Numbered from the stretch's first letter, positions 9,721 through 18,293 are shown. The stretch is 32,000 nt of DNA from Candidatus Methanoperedens sp. (GCA_027460535.1 JAPZAR010000014.1:90001-122000), one strand, 5' to 3'. Program-made: numbers and translations. Notes: generated from the sequence alone by a model not told the origin.

Positions 9721-10123
9721 AACGGAATCCACTTTCAATGTATTTGCCAAGCTAGCATAGTTGGTTCATTCTAGATACAGGGATTCAGAACACACCGCAA
9801 TTCTATCAACCAAATTTCTTTATAAATATTTCACAAATCACTGGTGTTATTTGAAAAACTGTGTCCCATGTTCAATATTCCGCAATTGTTATAAGTCATT
9901 CTTAGGATGCACGAAATACCTATCGTGATCAGTCACAATCCCCTGACGATGTACGAGGCCTGTATACTGTTTTCAGGAATATATTCCCTGATATATTCGC
10001 ATGTGTTATGATCTGAAATAAAATTCTCAACAGAACTTGCCATTCCCTCATCTTTCTGATTAAAGACCGAACTAAAGTTACCCTTCTTGAACCACAAAAG
10101 GCAGATAGAAATTGTTTGTAGTA

Positions 10124-10377
10124 TGGGGCTGGTGAGATTTGAACTCACGATCGACGGGTCTCTCCGAAAACGCCAGGTTTTTGGCTTTCTGGCCCCATAT
10201 TTAAATACGGGGTCAATGCACGTTCAGTGCTCCAACGGCTCCTCATAGCTTACCGCGTCCGGTTCGCTCGGTAGACCCGTTGCTCATCATCACACCCCCG
10301 GCCACGGAATAAATTCCGGGGACTTTCCGGGGATTTCCGCTGGAGCCCGTCGCCATGCCGGACTAGGCCACAGCCCC
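10124..10377 (-). tRNA. tRNA-Trp (anticodon CCA) interrupted by an intron of about 180 nt
   Basis: Reading the minus strand from 10377 to 10124: acceptor GGGGCTG / CAGCCCC plus discriminator A; T arm GTGAG-TTCAAAT-CTCAC; anticodon stem ACGGG / CCCGT. After removal of about 10160-10339 (inserted after position 37) the loop is C-U-C-C-A-G-A. CCA sits at 10343-10341. No 3' CCA is encoded. Confidence 0.9.
10224..10293 (-). ncRNA. Box C/D guide RNA embedded in the tRNA-Trp intron (predicted targets C34 and C39)
   Basis: On the minus strand: box C GUGAUGA at 10293-10287, D'-like CCGA at 10271-10268, C'-like UGAGGA at 10245-10240, box D CUGA at 10227-10224. The D guide CCGUUGGAGC pairs with GCUCCAGCGG at the exon1-intron junction (10 bp, one G-U). 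The N+5 rule then places C34 at the modification site. The D' guide ACGGGUCU pairs with AGACCCGU, and N+5 gives C39. Confidence 0.75.
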
Positions 10378-10524
10378 TGATTTTGATAAACTCGACAAAG
10401 CTATTTTCTTGCGGGCTGATCAAATAGTATCGCTATACTCTACACGGTTGCTATTAAATCTATCTAAAAGCCAAGACATCCCAAAATTATAATATGCCTT
10501 GAGACTTAATTGAATTGGGGAACT

Positions 10525-11328
10525 ATGAATCAAGATGATAAAATGCCTGTATTATTCATTGGCCATGGATCACCATTGAATATCATCTTAAAGAACAAAT
10601 TCACTGATAGCCTTGTAAAGTTAGGCAAAGATCTACCCAGGCCAAAGGCAATAATGGTCATCTCAGCGCACTGGTTGACTGTGGGGACATATGTCTCGTG
10701 CACGGAAAAACCAGAAACCATCTATGATTTTTATGGATTTCCACATGAGCTGTACAAGATCAAATATCCCTGTCCGGGTTCGCCTGTTCATGCCAGATCT
10801 GTAAGCGATTCTTTACGAAAAGCGCAGGTTAAATGCAGCAATGATCGGGGATTGGATCATGCTTCATGGGCTATCCTGAAACATATGTATCCTGAGGCTG
10901 ATATCCCGGTATTTGAAATGAGCCTGGATTACTCGTTCAACGAATGGCATCCCAAACCGCTGCAGTATCATTATGACCTGGCATCAAGGCTTGCGGGACT
11001 CAGGGAAAAGGGAGTTCTGATCATCGGCAGCGGAAATATTGTCCATAATCTTGGGTTGATCAACTTTCAGAATATTGATGCGGAACCATATGATTGGGCG
11101 ATAGAATTTGATGAGAAAGTGAAATTTGATTTGATGGATGGGAACCATAAGGAATTGATCAATTATCAAAATATTGGCCCATCAGCTTATTTTGCGGTCC
11201 CGACACTTGACCATTATTTGCCAATGATCTATGGCATAGCTCTGCAGGGGAAGAATGAGCCATTGAGATTCACCTATGAAGGATTTCAAAATGGTTCAAT
11301 TTCAATGAGATGCTTTCAGATAGGTTAG
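10525..11328 (+). CDS. Class III extradiol dioxygenase, LigB / 4,5-DOPA dioxygenase (YgiD-like) family
   Basis: MPVLFIGHGSPLN ... ISAHW ... ETIYDFYGFP..LY..KYPCPGSP ... LDHASWAILKHMYPEADIPVFEMSL ... LIIGSGNIVHNL are typical family motifs. The track start at 10510 is TTG; ATG at 10525 or 10543 is more likely. Confidence 0.8.
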   Translation: MNQDDKMPVLFIGHGSPLNIILKNKFTDSLVKLGKDLPRPKAIMVISAHWLTVGTYVSCTEKPETIYDFYGFPHELYKIKYPCPGSPVHARSVSDSLRKAQVKCSNDRGLDHASWAILKHMYPEADIPVFEMSLDYSFNEWHPKPLQYHYDLASRLAGLREKGVLIIGSGNIVHNLGLINFQNIDAEPYDWAIEFDEKVKFDLMDGNHKELINYQNIGPSAYFAVPTLDHYLPMIYGIALQGKNEPLRFTYEGFQNGSISMRCFQIG

Positions 11329-11448
11329 GCTGGTTATTTCCTTATACTTCCAATTTGTATGATAATTGGCGCAGAATCCGGGCAGACGACTGCTCATACC
11401 TGTCAATCTCAAGCCTTGGCGCCAAACTAATATTCTTTAATCGGTAAA

Positions 11449-11847
11449 TTAAAAGGAGACCAGCAGTATCAACAGGTTCTTCACAATTCCTTTAAAAATC
11501 TGTATCAGGACAAAGAGCAGTATGAAAATCCATATGCCATTGGATACAAGCTGGCAATCAACCTTTTCATTTTTTACTATTTTTGGGACCAGTCTCTTTA
11601 AAATTATTCCAAACATAACTAAAAAAATCATACTGAGCAGGCTTAAAACCAGGAGTCCGGGAATAATGCCAAAGGTTTGAATAAATAAATATGCTGCAGG
11701 ATTTCTTTCACTGCTTCCCACAATAGACGTGAGTATATAATAGGTTAATGAAATGTCTGTGAGCATAGCGATCGAGATTGCATAGAGAATTAGCCTGGGC
11801 GTTTTTTCTGATTTAACACCATCTTTTATATTTTCTCTCAGGCTCAT
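11449..11847 (-). CDS. Small integral membrane protein (about 4 TM helices), possibly DUF5658-like
   Basis: There are four hydrophobic segments and an SERNP motif after TM1. The family call is tentative. Confidence 0.55.
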   Translation of the reverse strand: MSLRENIKDGVKSEKTPRLILYAISIAMLTDISLTYYILTSIVGSSERNPAAYLFIQTFGIIPGLLVLSLLSMIFLVMFGIILKRLVPKIVKNEKVDCQLVSNGIWIFILLFVLIQIFKGIVKNLLILLVSF

Positions 11848-11996
11848 GGTTATTTCAGGCTAATTTAAAACACTTTTAGATTTAAATAACAAACGCTAGT
11901 AATATGTTTATTCATTTTATACACCCATGATATTCCAATGAATCATTATCTTATATGATAACAGCCATATGGAAAATGTCAGGTTAATGTAAAAAA

Positions 11997-12941
11997 TTAT
12001 TGCAGCACAAGCCTTAATTCATTCCCAAGAGGCTCTCTCATGCCTTCACTGAATCCGTGACCCCCGGTTGTCACATTATAAAACCGTTTTGGTTCCCCAG
12101 CCATTTTAAAAGTATTCCTCGCCAAGTCAACCGGAATAATACTGTCGTTATCGGAATGCAGCATTACAAATCTGCGCGGAGGTATAAACTGCAGGTATGT
12201 TTCAGGGTCGATGGAACGATAAAACCTGATCAGATTTTCGTCATTTATATTAGCAATCTGGGATTCCGTATCGTAACCGCTTGTGCTGATGCCGATCACT
12301 CCTTTAATATTTGGGTCAAGCGCGGCTGCAATGATCGCAAAACGCCCGCCGTTGCTTTCCCCGAGAATAGCGATTCTCTTTGGATCGATCCGTGGATCCT
12401 GCCTTAATACATCGATGGAGCGCAGGGCATCAAATACCATCTTATGTTCTACCGGTTCTTTTCCCTCTTTCCATAGCATATAGTCATAGTTGAAATCCAC
12501 ACCTCCGCGGTTGCGCTGCTCAATGCCAAGACTTGCATAACCCTGACCTGAAAAGATCCCAGCCAACCCCTGCGTCCCTTCCTTCGGAACGGTTGCTCCG
12601 GGCAGTATCACGATACCCGGCACTTTCCTGTCAGAGGAAGGTATGCGAAGGAGCCCTTCCACTGTATAATCCTTGCTCGTAAAGGAAATAGTTTCGAGAG
12701 TATAGTTGCTGCCCGAATCGGTCTTGAGCACTTTTACTTCGACTTTGCCCCTGTTTTCAGGATAGGAAAGAACACCTTCTTTGCTCACGCTCCATTTATC
12801 GCTTTCTTGCGGGATGGAAAAATAAAAAAGAAAAATTAGGATAAAAAAAACAAGTATGGCTATTGCTGTTCTTAGATTGAAAAACGATCGCTTACCGGGT
12901 GTTTTTGGTCCTGATTTTTGTTTATTTTTCTTTGTCTTCAT
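11997..12941 (-). CDS. Membrane-anchored alpha/beta hydrolase (dienelactone hydrolase / S9-like)
   Basis: An N-terminal TM anchor (AIAILVFFILIFLFYF) is present. The nucleophile elbow is GESNGG. Acid and His candidates are HSDNDSIIP and GGHGF. The start overlaps the upstream flavodoxin-like gene stop by 4 nt (12938-12941). Confidence 0.75.
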   Translation of the reverse strand: MKTKKNKQKSGPKTPGKRSFFNLRTAIAILVFFILIFLFYFSIPQESDKWSVSKEGVLSYPENRGKVEVKVLKTDSGSNYTLETISFTSKDYTVEGLLRIPSSDRKVPGIVILPGATVPKEGTQGLAGIFSGQGYASLGIEQRNRGGVDFNYDYMLWKEGKEPVEHKMVFDALRSIDVLRQDPRIDPKRIAILGESNGGRFAIIAAALDPNIKGVIGISTSGYDTESQIANINDENLIRFYRSIDPETYLQFIPPRRFVMLHSDNDSIIPVDLARNTFKMAGEPKRFYNVTTGGHGFSEGMREPLGNELRLVLQ

Positions 12942-13417
12942 TTTTTCCCGTGTACGACGTCAGCAAGCTCGGCTACCCTTTTCCCAAGCGCTCTTCCCTC
13001 TTTCAGTCCGACCTCATCAGAACCTGCCGCGCCATAGTGGCCCCCGGTCTCATAGGGATCGCCAACAATTATCATACCCTCGATCAGCATTACCAGGAGT
13101 ATGGAGATGATGGTGGTTTCCTTGCCTCCGGTCCTGTGGGCGCCGGTGGCAAATGCCGCGCCGACTTTATTGATGAGTTTTTTCCTGACCACGACAGATT
13201 CGTCAAAGAACTTCTTCAGTTCGGCTGCCATGGTGCCATAATAAACGGGGGAACCTGCTATGATGCCGTCGTATTCTGGAAGCTCATTGACATCGACCTC
13301 GTCCACGGATTTCAGTGTTGGATTCCCTTTTCCTTCACGCACGCCTTCAGCGATCGCCCCTGCCAGCTTTTCCGTGCTGCCTGCCCTTGAGTAATATACT
13401 ATGAGGATTTCAGACAT
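12938..13417 (-). CDS. Flavodoxin-like fold FMN protein (short WrbA / NAD(P)H:quinone oxidoreductase-like)
   Basis: ILIVYYSRAGSTEKLAGAIAEG ... YDGIIAGSPVYYGTMAAELKKFFD ... GAAFATGAHRTGGKETT are flavodoxin-like FMN-binding segments. Confidence 0.8.
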   Translation of the reverse strand: MSEILIVYYSRAGSTEKLAGAIAEGVREGKGNPTLKSVDEVDVNELPEYDGIIAGSPVYYGTMAAELKKFFDESVVVRKKLINKVGAAFATGAHRTGGKETTIISILLVMLIEGMIIVGDPYETGGHYGAAGSDEVGLKEGRALGKRVAELADVVHGKK

Positions 13418-13511
13418 AATGCTTCGTAATACATCTAAAAATCGATAAAGATTTCGATGTTAAAGGGTCTGATTTAAGTAGAGACTTTTTATTATCTTCT
13501 GGTACGAAAAA

Positions 13512-13578
13512 AACCACAGAGCGCACAGAGGACACAGAGAATTATTACAACTCTGTGATCTCTGCGTTCTCTGTGGTT
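13512..13578. repeat. Hairpin built from a heptamer array: 3 x CACAGAG (9-nt period), loop, 3 x CTCTGTG-type
   Basis: Left arm is AACCACAGAG-CG-CACAGAG-GA-CACAGAG (13512-13539). The loop is AATTATTACAA. Right arm is CTCTGTG-AT-CTCTGCG-TT-CTCTGTGGTT (13551-13578). The heptamers are complementary but the 2-nt spacers are not. Confidence 0.8.
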
Positions 13579-13918
13579 GATTATCCTTACTTGGATCATT
13601 TATATGGGGAATTAAGAAATCTCAATTTTCAAGTAAATTTATCTCCGACTAGAAAAAATTAAAAAGATTCTTTGAGTAAAGGTTCTTCCTCACCGTTTGA
13701 GTCCTATTCCGCTTGACACCCTGAAGGGCATATCTTTCAGATGTCCTGTTTGTTATTTTTTCCTGTGTTTTGAAGCAGGAGGAACAGACCGCCGCTCTGG
13801 GAAAAGCAGTGTATCAGGATTCATGCCTAATACTTATATTTCGTTTGAGTCGTGGAATTTCCAGGCATCAAACTGCCATATAGAATACACTCAATAATAG
13901 TTCTTCATAAGTCATCGG

Positions 13919-14353
13919 TTAAGAGAAAAAAATGGGATGGAACACGGATTCCACGGATAACACGGATTGGCACGGATGATAAAATATCCGTGGGTATCCG
14001 TCAAATCCGTGCCATCCGTGTTCTATTTCAACTAAGGATCGAGAATCATAACTATCTTTCGTATTTCGAAAAACGATACGCATTAAATCAATCAAACTCC
14101 TTAACCAATGACCAATGAATAGTTCTTGTCTTGCAACGTTTGAATGAATTTCCTTGACTCTTCCAACTTGACCGTTTTTTAGTTCAACCTTTATTCCATG
14201 TGGATGATATGAAGCATTAGTTAAAATTCTCTTTACAATACCCTGAGTTATTTTACCGCTCCTCTGATCTTGCTTTAAAACGATTCCTACACTTAATCCT
14301 TCTTTAATATTCTCTCTGGAATTGCCTTCATTCATAATATGAGTTAAATTCAT
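13919..14353 (-). CDS. YwbE-like small protein (DUF2196 / TIGR03833 family) with an aberrant C-terminal extension of about 75 aa
   Basis: N-terminal residues 10-70 (RENIKEGLSVGIVLKQDQRSGKITQGIVKRILTNASYHPHGIKVELKNGQVGRVKEI) match the YwbE family, which I recall as about 65 aa. The ORF then reads on through the CACGGAT hairpin to a stop at 13919. Confidence 0.6.
   Translation of the reverse strand: MNLTHIMNEGNSRENIKEGLSVGIVLKQDQRSGKITQGIVKRILTNASYHPHGIKVELKNGQVGRVKEIHSNVARQELFIGHWLRSLIDLMRIVFRNTKDSYDSRSLVEIEHGWHGFDGYPRIFYHPCQSVLSVESVFHPIFFS
13940..14023. repeat. Hairpin built from a heptamer array: 4 x CACGGAT (9-10-nt period), loop, 4 x ATCCGTG-type
   Basis: Left arm is GAACACGGAT-TC-CACGGAT-AA-CACGGAT-TGG-CACGGAT (13940-13977). 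The loop is GATAAAAT. Right arm is ATCCGTG-GGT-ATCCGTC-AA-ATCCGTG-CC-ATCCGTGTTC (13986-14023). The architecture matches the element at 13512-13578 but uses a different heptamer. Confidence 0.8.
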
Positions 14354-14675
14354 AATTATATAAACATATACATTCTCAAGAAAATTAACTGAAGAATGTT
14401 TGAAGAAGGTTTCCCCGGATTTGTATACTTAAATGCATGAGAATCAGGTATTGATCTCACACCCATGGCTGAAAGACCTGGAACCTCAGTCCCATTCTAC
14501 GATCACTTTGCTTTTTACAGTAATCTTATTTCCGGAGCATCAGCACCGATCCTTTAAGCCAATGCTTAAAATGAAAAGGATTGACATAAGATCTTTAAAG
14601 CAGACATATGCGAGATAAATTTAAATCGAATGAGAACCAATCATAATTTAGGCAGGGAAAAATTTGGAGGTTAGT

Positions 14676-15146
14676 ATGAAAACAAAAGCAATTCCGGAAG
14701 GTTTTCATTCGCTCACACCTGATCTGGTTGTGCGCGATGCGGCGGAGGCAATTGAATTTTACAAACGGGTATTTGGTGCAAAGAAACGGCGGGTCTTTCA
14801 CGGGCCTGATGGAAGCATCGTACATGCGGAGATTCAGATCGGTGACTCGATATTATTTCTGTCTCCTGAATTCCCGGAACACAAAGTCTTCTCACCCCAA
14901 TCACCAGAGGGCGGCACAAGTACCAGCATGTTCTTTTATGTTGAGGATGTCGATGCTGTCTTTGCAAAGGCTGTTTCCGCAGGCGCCACTGTAACCATGC
15001 CCCTCGCGGATGCGTTCTGGGGCGACCGCGCCGGCGGTATTGTTGACCCATTCGGTCATCGATGGATGCTGGCTATGCATATAAAGGATATTTCTGATAA
15101 GGAGCTAGAAAAGGCTGCGAAGGCTATGTTTGCCAAGAAGCCTTAG
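14676..15146 (+). CDS. VOC (glyoxalase/bleomycin-resistance fold) family protein, PhnB-like
   Basis: LTPDLVVRDAAEAIEFYKRVFGA ... VHAEIQIGDS ... DAFWGDRAGGIVDPFGHRWML is present. GGAGG lies upstream of ATG 14676; the track start at 14664 is TTG. Confidence 0.8.
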   Translation: MKTKAIPEGFHSLTPDLVVRDAAEAIEFYKRVFGAKKRRVFHGPDGSIVHAEIQIGDSILFLSPEFPEHKVFSPQSPEGGTSTSMFFYVEDVDAVFAKAVSAGATVTMPLADAFWGDRAGGIVDPFGHRWMLAMHIKDISDKELEKAAKAMFAKKP

Positions 15147-15209
15147 TTCTTCTTTCAAGAAGATTCATCAAAGTAGTTTCCTATGCGTAAATTAAAAGGA
15201 GATAAAACC

Positions 15210-15656
15210 ATGCGATTCATGATGTTCATGATCCCTAAAATCTACCAACCTGATACGCCGCCCGGAGAGAGAGCTGGGGAAGGATTCGCCCCGCCCGCTG
15301 AGTCCGTTGCCAAGATGATGAAGTTCAACGAAGACCTGGCGAAGGTAGGTGCGCTGATCTCACTCGATGGATTTCATCCAATCTCGAAGGGCGCCCGTGT
15401 CGCTTTTTCCAGCGGGAAGCCCAAAGTTACCGATGGGCCCCTCATCGAAGCCAAGGAAGTAATCGGCGGCTACTGGATGATTGACGTGAAGTCGAAGGAA
15501 GAGGCGGTCGAATGGGCGAAGCGAGTCCCTGCACAAGATGGCGACGTGATCGAGATTCGCCAAGTGTTCGAGGCGTCAGACTTCCCACCTGATGTCCAGA
15601 AAGCTGCAGATAATCCGAGGGTGAAAGCACAGGTGGAGAAGAAGAGGAGCAAGTAA
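15210..15656 (+). CDS. YciI (YCII-related / DGPF) family protein
   Basis: MRFMMFMIPK ... MMKFNEDLAKVGALISLDGFHP ... VTDGPLIEAKEVIGGYWMIDVKSKEEAVEWAKRVP is present. AAAGGAG lies upstream of ATG 15210. Confidence 0.8.
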   Translation: MRFMMFMIPKIYQPDTPPGERAGEGFAPPAESVAKMMKFNEDLAKVGALISLDGFHPISKGARVAFSSGKPKVTDGPLIEAKEVIGGYWMIDVKSKEEAVEWAKRVPAQDGDVIEIRQVFEASDFPPDVQKAADNPRVKAQVEKKRSK

Positions 15657-15894
15657 ATCCGAACCATAGTTGATAGGCATGGAAAAAGGTTTTGTTGCCA
15701 GAGCATCGAACTTTCGGACGATGAATAATAAATACTTTATATTTATAATGTCCTAAAGAAAACAAGATCGATATCTAAAGCGAAAACTTTTAAAATTCGA
15801 TGTGGGAACTGCTTGAGGGTTATGATATTCAATTTTTCAGATTCAAGAACAACATTAAAGTTTTACGCTCATCTTCTCCATAATATTTTGACAA

Positions 15895-16161
15895 TCAGAC
15901 ATGTTTTTGCTTTTCTTCAATAATTTCTATTAACTGAAGCACTATCTCGTTTTGATGCCTTACGAGTTCCGCTTTTAGAATATCTTTCAGTTCCGGATTG
16001 CATTTCAGGAAAACCAGAACACCTGTCAATGTATGGAACCACGATTCATAGACTTCTATATATTCCTTTGGACTGAAAACTATTATTTGGGATTCCAATA
16101 AAGGTTGATAGAAGTTATATTCATCAAATTTTGATTCGGATACAGTCATTTGAACACCCAC
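15895..16161 (-). CDS. Hypothetical protein (84-88 aa)
   Basis: This is an ORF only, with no recognisable motifs. The start is either GTG at 16161 or ATG at 16149. Confidence 0.35.
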   Translation of the reverse strand: MGVQMTVSESKFDEYNFYQPLLESQIIVFSPKEYIEVYESWFHTLTGVLVFLKCNPELKDILKAELVRHQNEIVLQLIEIIEEKQKHV

Positions 16162-16316
16162 TCATCAATACATTAAACATCATACTCATTTAAAAAATTA
16201 TCCATGATAATGAAGCCATCATGCGGGTAATTCATGAATAAAGTATAGATGAATCTTTTTTTGTTGAACAAAAGAAATATTCTTATAAAATCAAAGGAAA
16301 AAATTTCGGAAGCAAC

Positions 16317-17102
16317 TTATTCCCGTGCCGCCCGTATCCCTTCTTTCAATTCCCTCGCCAGCGCCTCAAGCCTCCCGGATGCATCTTTTCCGCTCGCGAT
16401 AATATCCACGAACGCAGAGCCTACGATAACCCCATCCGCCCCGGCCCGGATTAACTCGGAAGCCTGCCTGCCATTTGAGATCCCAAATCCTACTGCTTTG
16501 GGCGTTTTGGTCTTCACTCTCTTGATCAATTCTTTTGTAGCACTGGCTATATCGCTCCGTGCCCCCGTAACGCCCAGGCGCGCCACAAGATACAGGAAAC
16601 CCGTGCCCTGCGCCAGGATTCTCTTCATCCTTGATTCCGTAGTCGTGGGAGCAACAAGGAAGATCAGGTCGATGTCGCACTGCCTGCAAAAAGCCGCAAG
16701 CTCCCCCGATTCCTCTACCGGCAGGTCGGGGACTATGATCCCCGAAATACCCGAGGCTCCGCAGTCTTTTACGAATTTTTCAAGACCTCTTTTGAATATG
16801 AGATTGTAATAGGTCATCACCACAAGAGGGATATGGACCTTAAGAGACCCGACTGTCCTGAAATAAATATCTGGGTTCATCCCGCCGTTCAGCGCGCGCT
16901 CGATCCCAGCCTGGATGGTAGGACCGTCCGCTACCGGGTCTGAGAATGGAAGCCCCAGTTCTATGATATCAGCGCCGCCTCTCACAAGTGCGGTCACGTA
17001 CTCTTTTGTGGCAACAGGTGTGGGGTCGCCGGCACAGATATAGGCTATGAGAGCCCCTTCCTTTCTTGCTTCCAGTTCCCTGAATTTTTCACTTATCTTC
17101 AT
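16317..17102 (-). CDS. trpA: Tryptophan synthase alpha chain
   Basis: AYICAGDP, GADIIELGLPFSDPVADGPTIQ, LVVMTYYN, YLVARLGVTG and GFGIS are present. The ATG overlaps the trpB stop (TAATG). Confidence 0.95.
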   Translation of the reverse strand: MKISEKFRELEARKEGALIAYICAGDPTPVATKEYVTALVRGGADIIELGLPFSDPVADGPTIQAGIERALNGGMNPDIYFRTVGSLKVHIPLVVMTYYNLIFKRGLEKFVKDCGASGISGIIVPDLPVEESGELAAFCRQCDIDLIFLVAPTTTESRMKRILAQGTGFLYLVARLGVTGARSDIASATKELIKRVKTKTPKAVGFGISNGRQASELIRAGADGVIVGSAFVDIIASGKDASGRLEALARELKEGIRAARE

Positions 17103-18286
17103 TATTTCACGCCCATCACCGTTTCAAGGTCCTTGTCGCCCCTTCCCGAAATGTTAATTACCACAATATCTCCCAGCTCTCCCGAAGCCGCCGCCTTCTT
17201 GACATAAGCCACTGCGTGCGAGGACTCAAGCGCCGGAATAATGCCCTCAAGCCTGCACAGGTCATGAAAGGCGTCCAGCGCTTCGCTGTCCATTGAATTC
17301 CTGGGCTTTATCCTGCCGATATCTGCAAGGTAGGCAAGTTCCGGCCCTACGCCCGCATAATCAAGGCCAGCGGCTATCGAGCTCGATTCAAGTATCTGTC
17401 CATACTTGTTCTGAAGCACTTTTGTATGAGCGCCGTGAAGCACGCCTTCCTCGCCGGCGCAAAGGGTCGCTGAATGCAATGCTTCCTTATCCGTAGTTTT
17501 CATGCCGCTGCCGCCTGCCTCCACGGCGAAAAGGTCTACGTCATCGTCTATAAAAGGATGGAAAATTCCCATCGCGTTGCTCCCCCCGCCTGTGCAGGCC
17601 ACTATGGAATCCGGGAACCTTCCTTCCTTTTCCATTATCTGCGTTCGCGTCTCTTTTCCTATGACGCTCTGGAAATCCCTCACCATCGTCGGATAAGGGT
17701 GCGGCCCGACCACGGAGCCTATCATGTAATGCGTTGTCTCCACATTGGCAACCCAGTCGCGCATGGCTTCGTTGATCGCATCTTTCAGCGTTTGCGAGCC
17801 GCTTCTTACATGTATGACCTTCGTGCCCATCAGTTCCATCCTGTAAACGTTCATACGCTGCCGTACCGTGTCCTTGGCGCCCATGTAAACCTCGGTGGCG
17901 ATGCCAAAAGCCGCGCCAGCCATTGCGCATGCGGTACCATGCTGCCCGGCGCCGGTTTCGGCGATTATCCGTTTCTTACCCATGTATCTTGTAAGGAGCG
18001 CCTGCCCGAGCGTATTGTTCAATTTATGGGCGCCTCCGTGAACCAGGTCTTCGCGCTTCAAATATATCTTGACACCATATTCGCTGCTCATTCTTTTTGC
18101 GTGATATAAAGGCGAAGGGCGTCCTGCAAAATCCCTGAGATAATAATCCAGCTCCTCTTTGAAAACAGGGTCGTCTTTGTATCTTTCATACTGTTCCGTG
18201 AGCTCTTCAAGGGCCGGCATCAATACTTCAGGCACGAACTGCCCTCCGTACTTACCGAATTTGGTAGATTTAAGTTCCTGTTTCAT
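17102..18286 (-). CDS. trpB: Tryptophan synthase beta chain
   Basis: [43 protein letters not shown] and SISAGLDY-like [13 protein letters not shown] are present. Confidence 0.95.
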   Translation of the reverse strand: MKQELKSTKFGKYGGQFVPEVLMPALEELTEQYERYKDDPVFKEELDYYLRDFAGRPSPLYHAKRMSSEYGVKIYLKREDLVHGGAHKLNNTLGQALLTRYMGKKRIIAETGAGQHGTACAMAGAAFGIATEVYMGAKDTVRQRMNVYRMELMGTKVIHVRSGSQTLKDAINEAMRDWVANVETTHYMIGSVVGPHPYPTMVRDFQSVIGKETRTQIMEKEGRFPDSIVACTGGGSNAMGIFHPFIDDDVDLFAVEAGGSGMKTTDKEALHSATLCAGEEGVLHGAHTKVLQNKYGQILESSSIAAGLDYAGVGPELAYLADIGRIKPRNSMDSEALDAFHDLCRLEGIIPALESSHAVAYVKKAAASGELGDIVVINISGRGDKDLETVMGVK

Positions 18287-18293
18287 ATATATC

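Noticed and set aside
8845-9961. Both 33-nt repeat copies end (on the minus strand) in ...UGUGACUGA, suggesting box D of C/D sRNAs
   Set aside because: No box C (RUGAUGA) lies within 40-80 nt upstream of either copy on that strand.
9933-10148. A 71-aa minus-strand ORF
   Set aside because: It overlaps the 3' exon of tRNA-Trp (10124-10159) and one copy of the 33-nt repeat, and has no protein-like features.
13512-14023. Short periodic repeats considered as a possible CRISPR array
   Set aside because: The repeat unit is 7 nt with 2-3-nt spacers, arranged as inverted arms. There are no spacers of 25-40 nt and no cas genes in the window.
16249-18109. Long plus-strand ORFs (186 aa at 16249-16809; 211 aa at 17474-18109) and several nested minus-frame ORFs
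   Set aside because: They are antisense or out of frame within trpA and trpB, whose identities are unambiguous. Similar shadow ORFs within the OFOR genes (e.g. 29280-29771) were rejected for the same reason.
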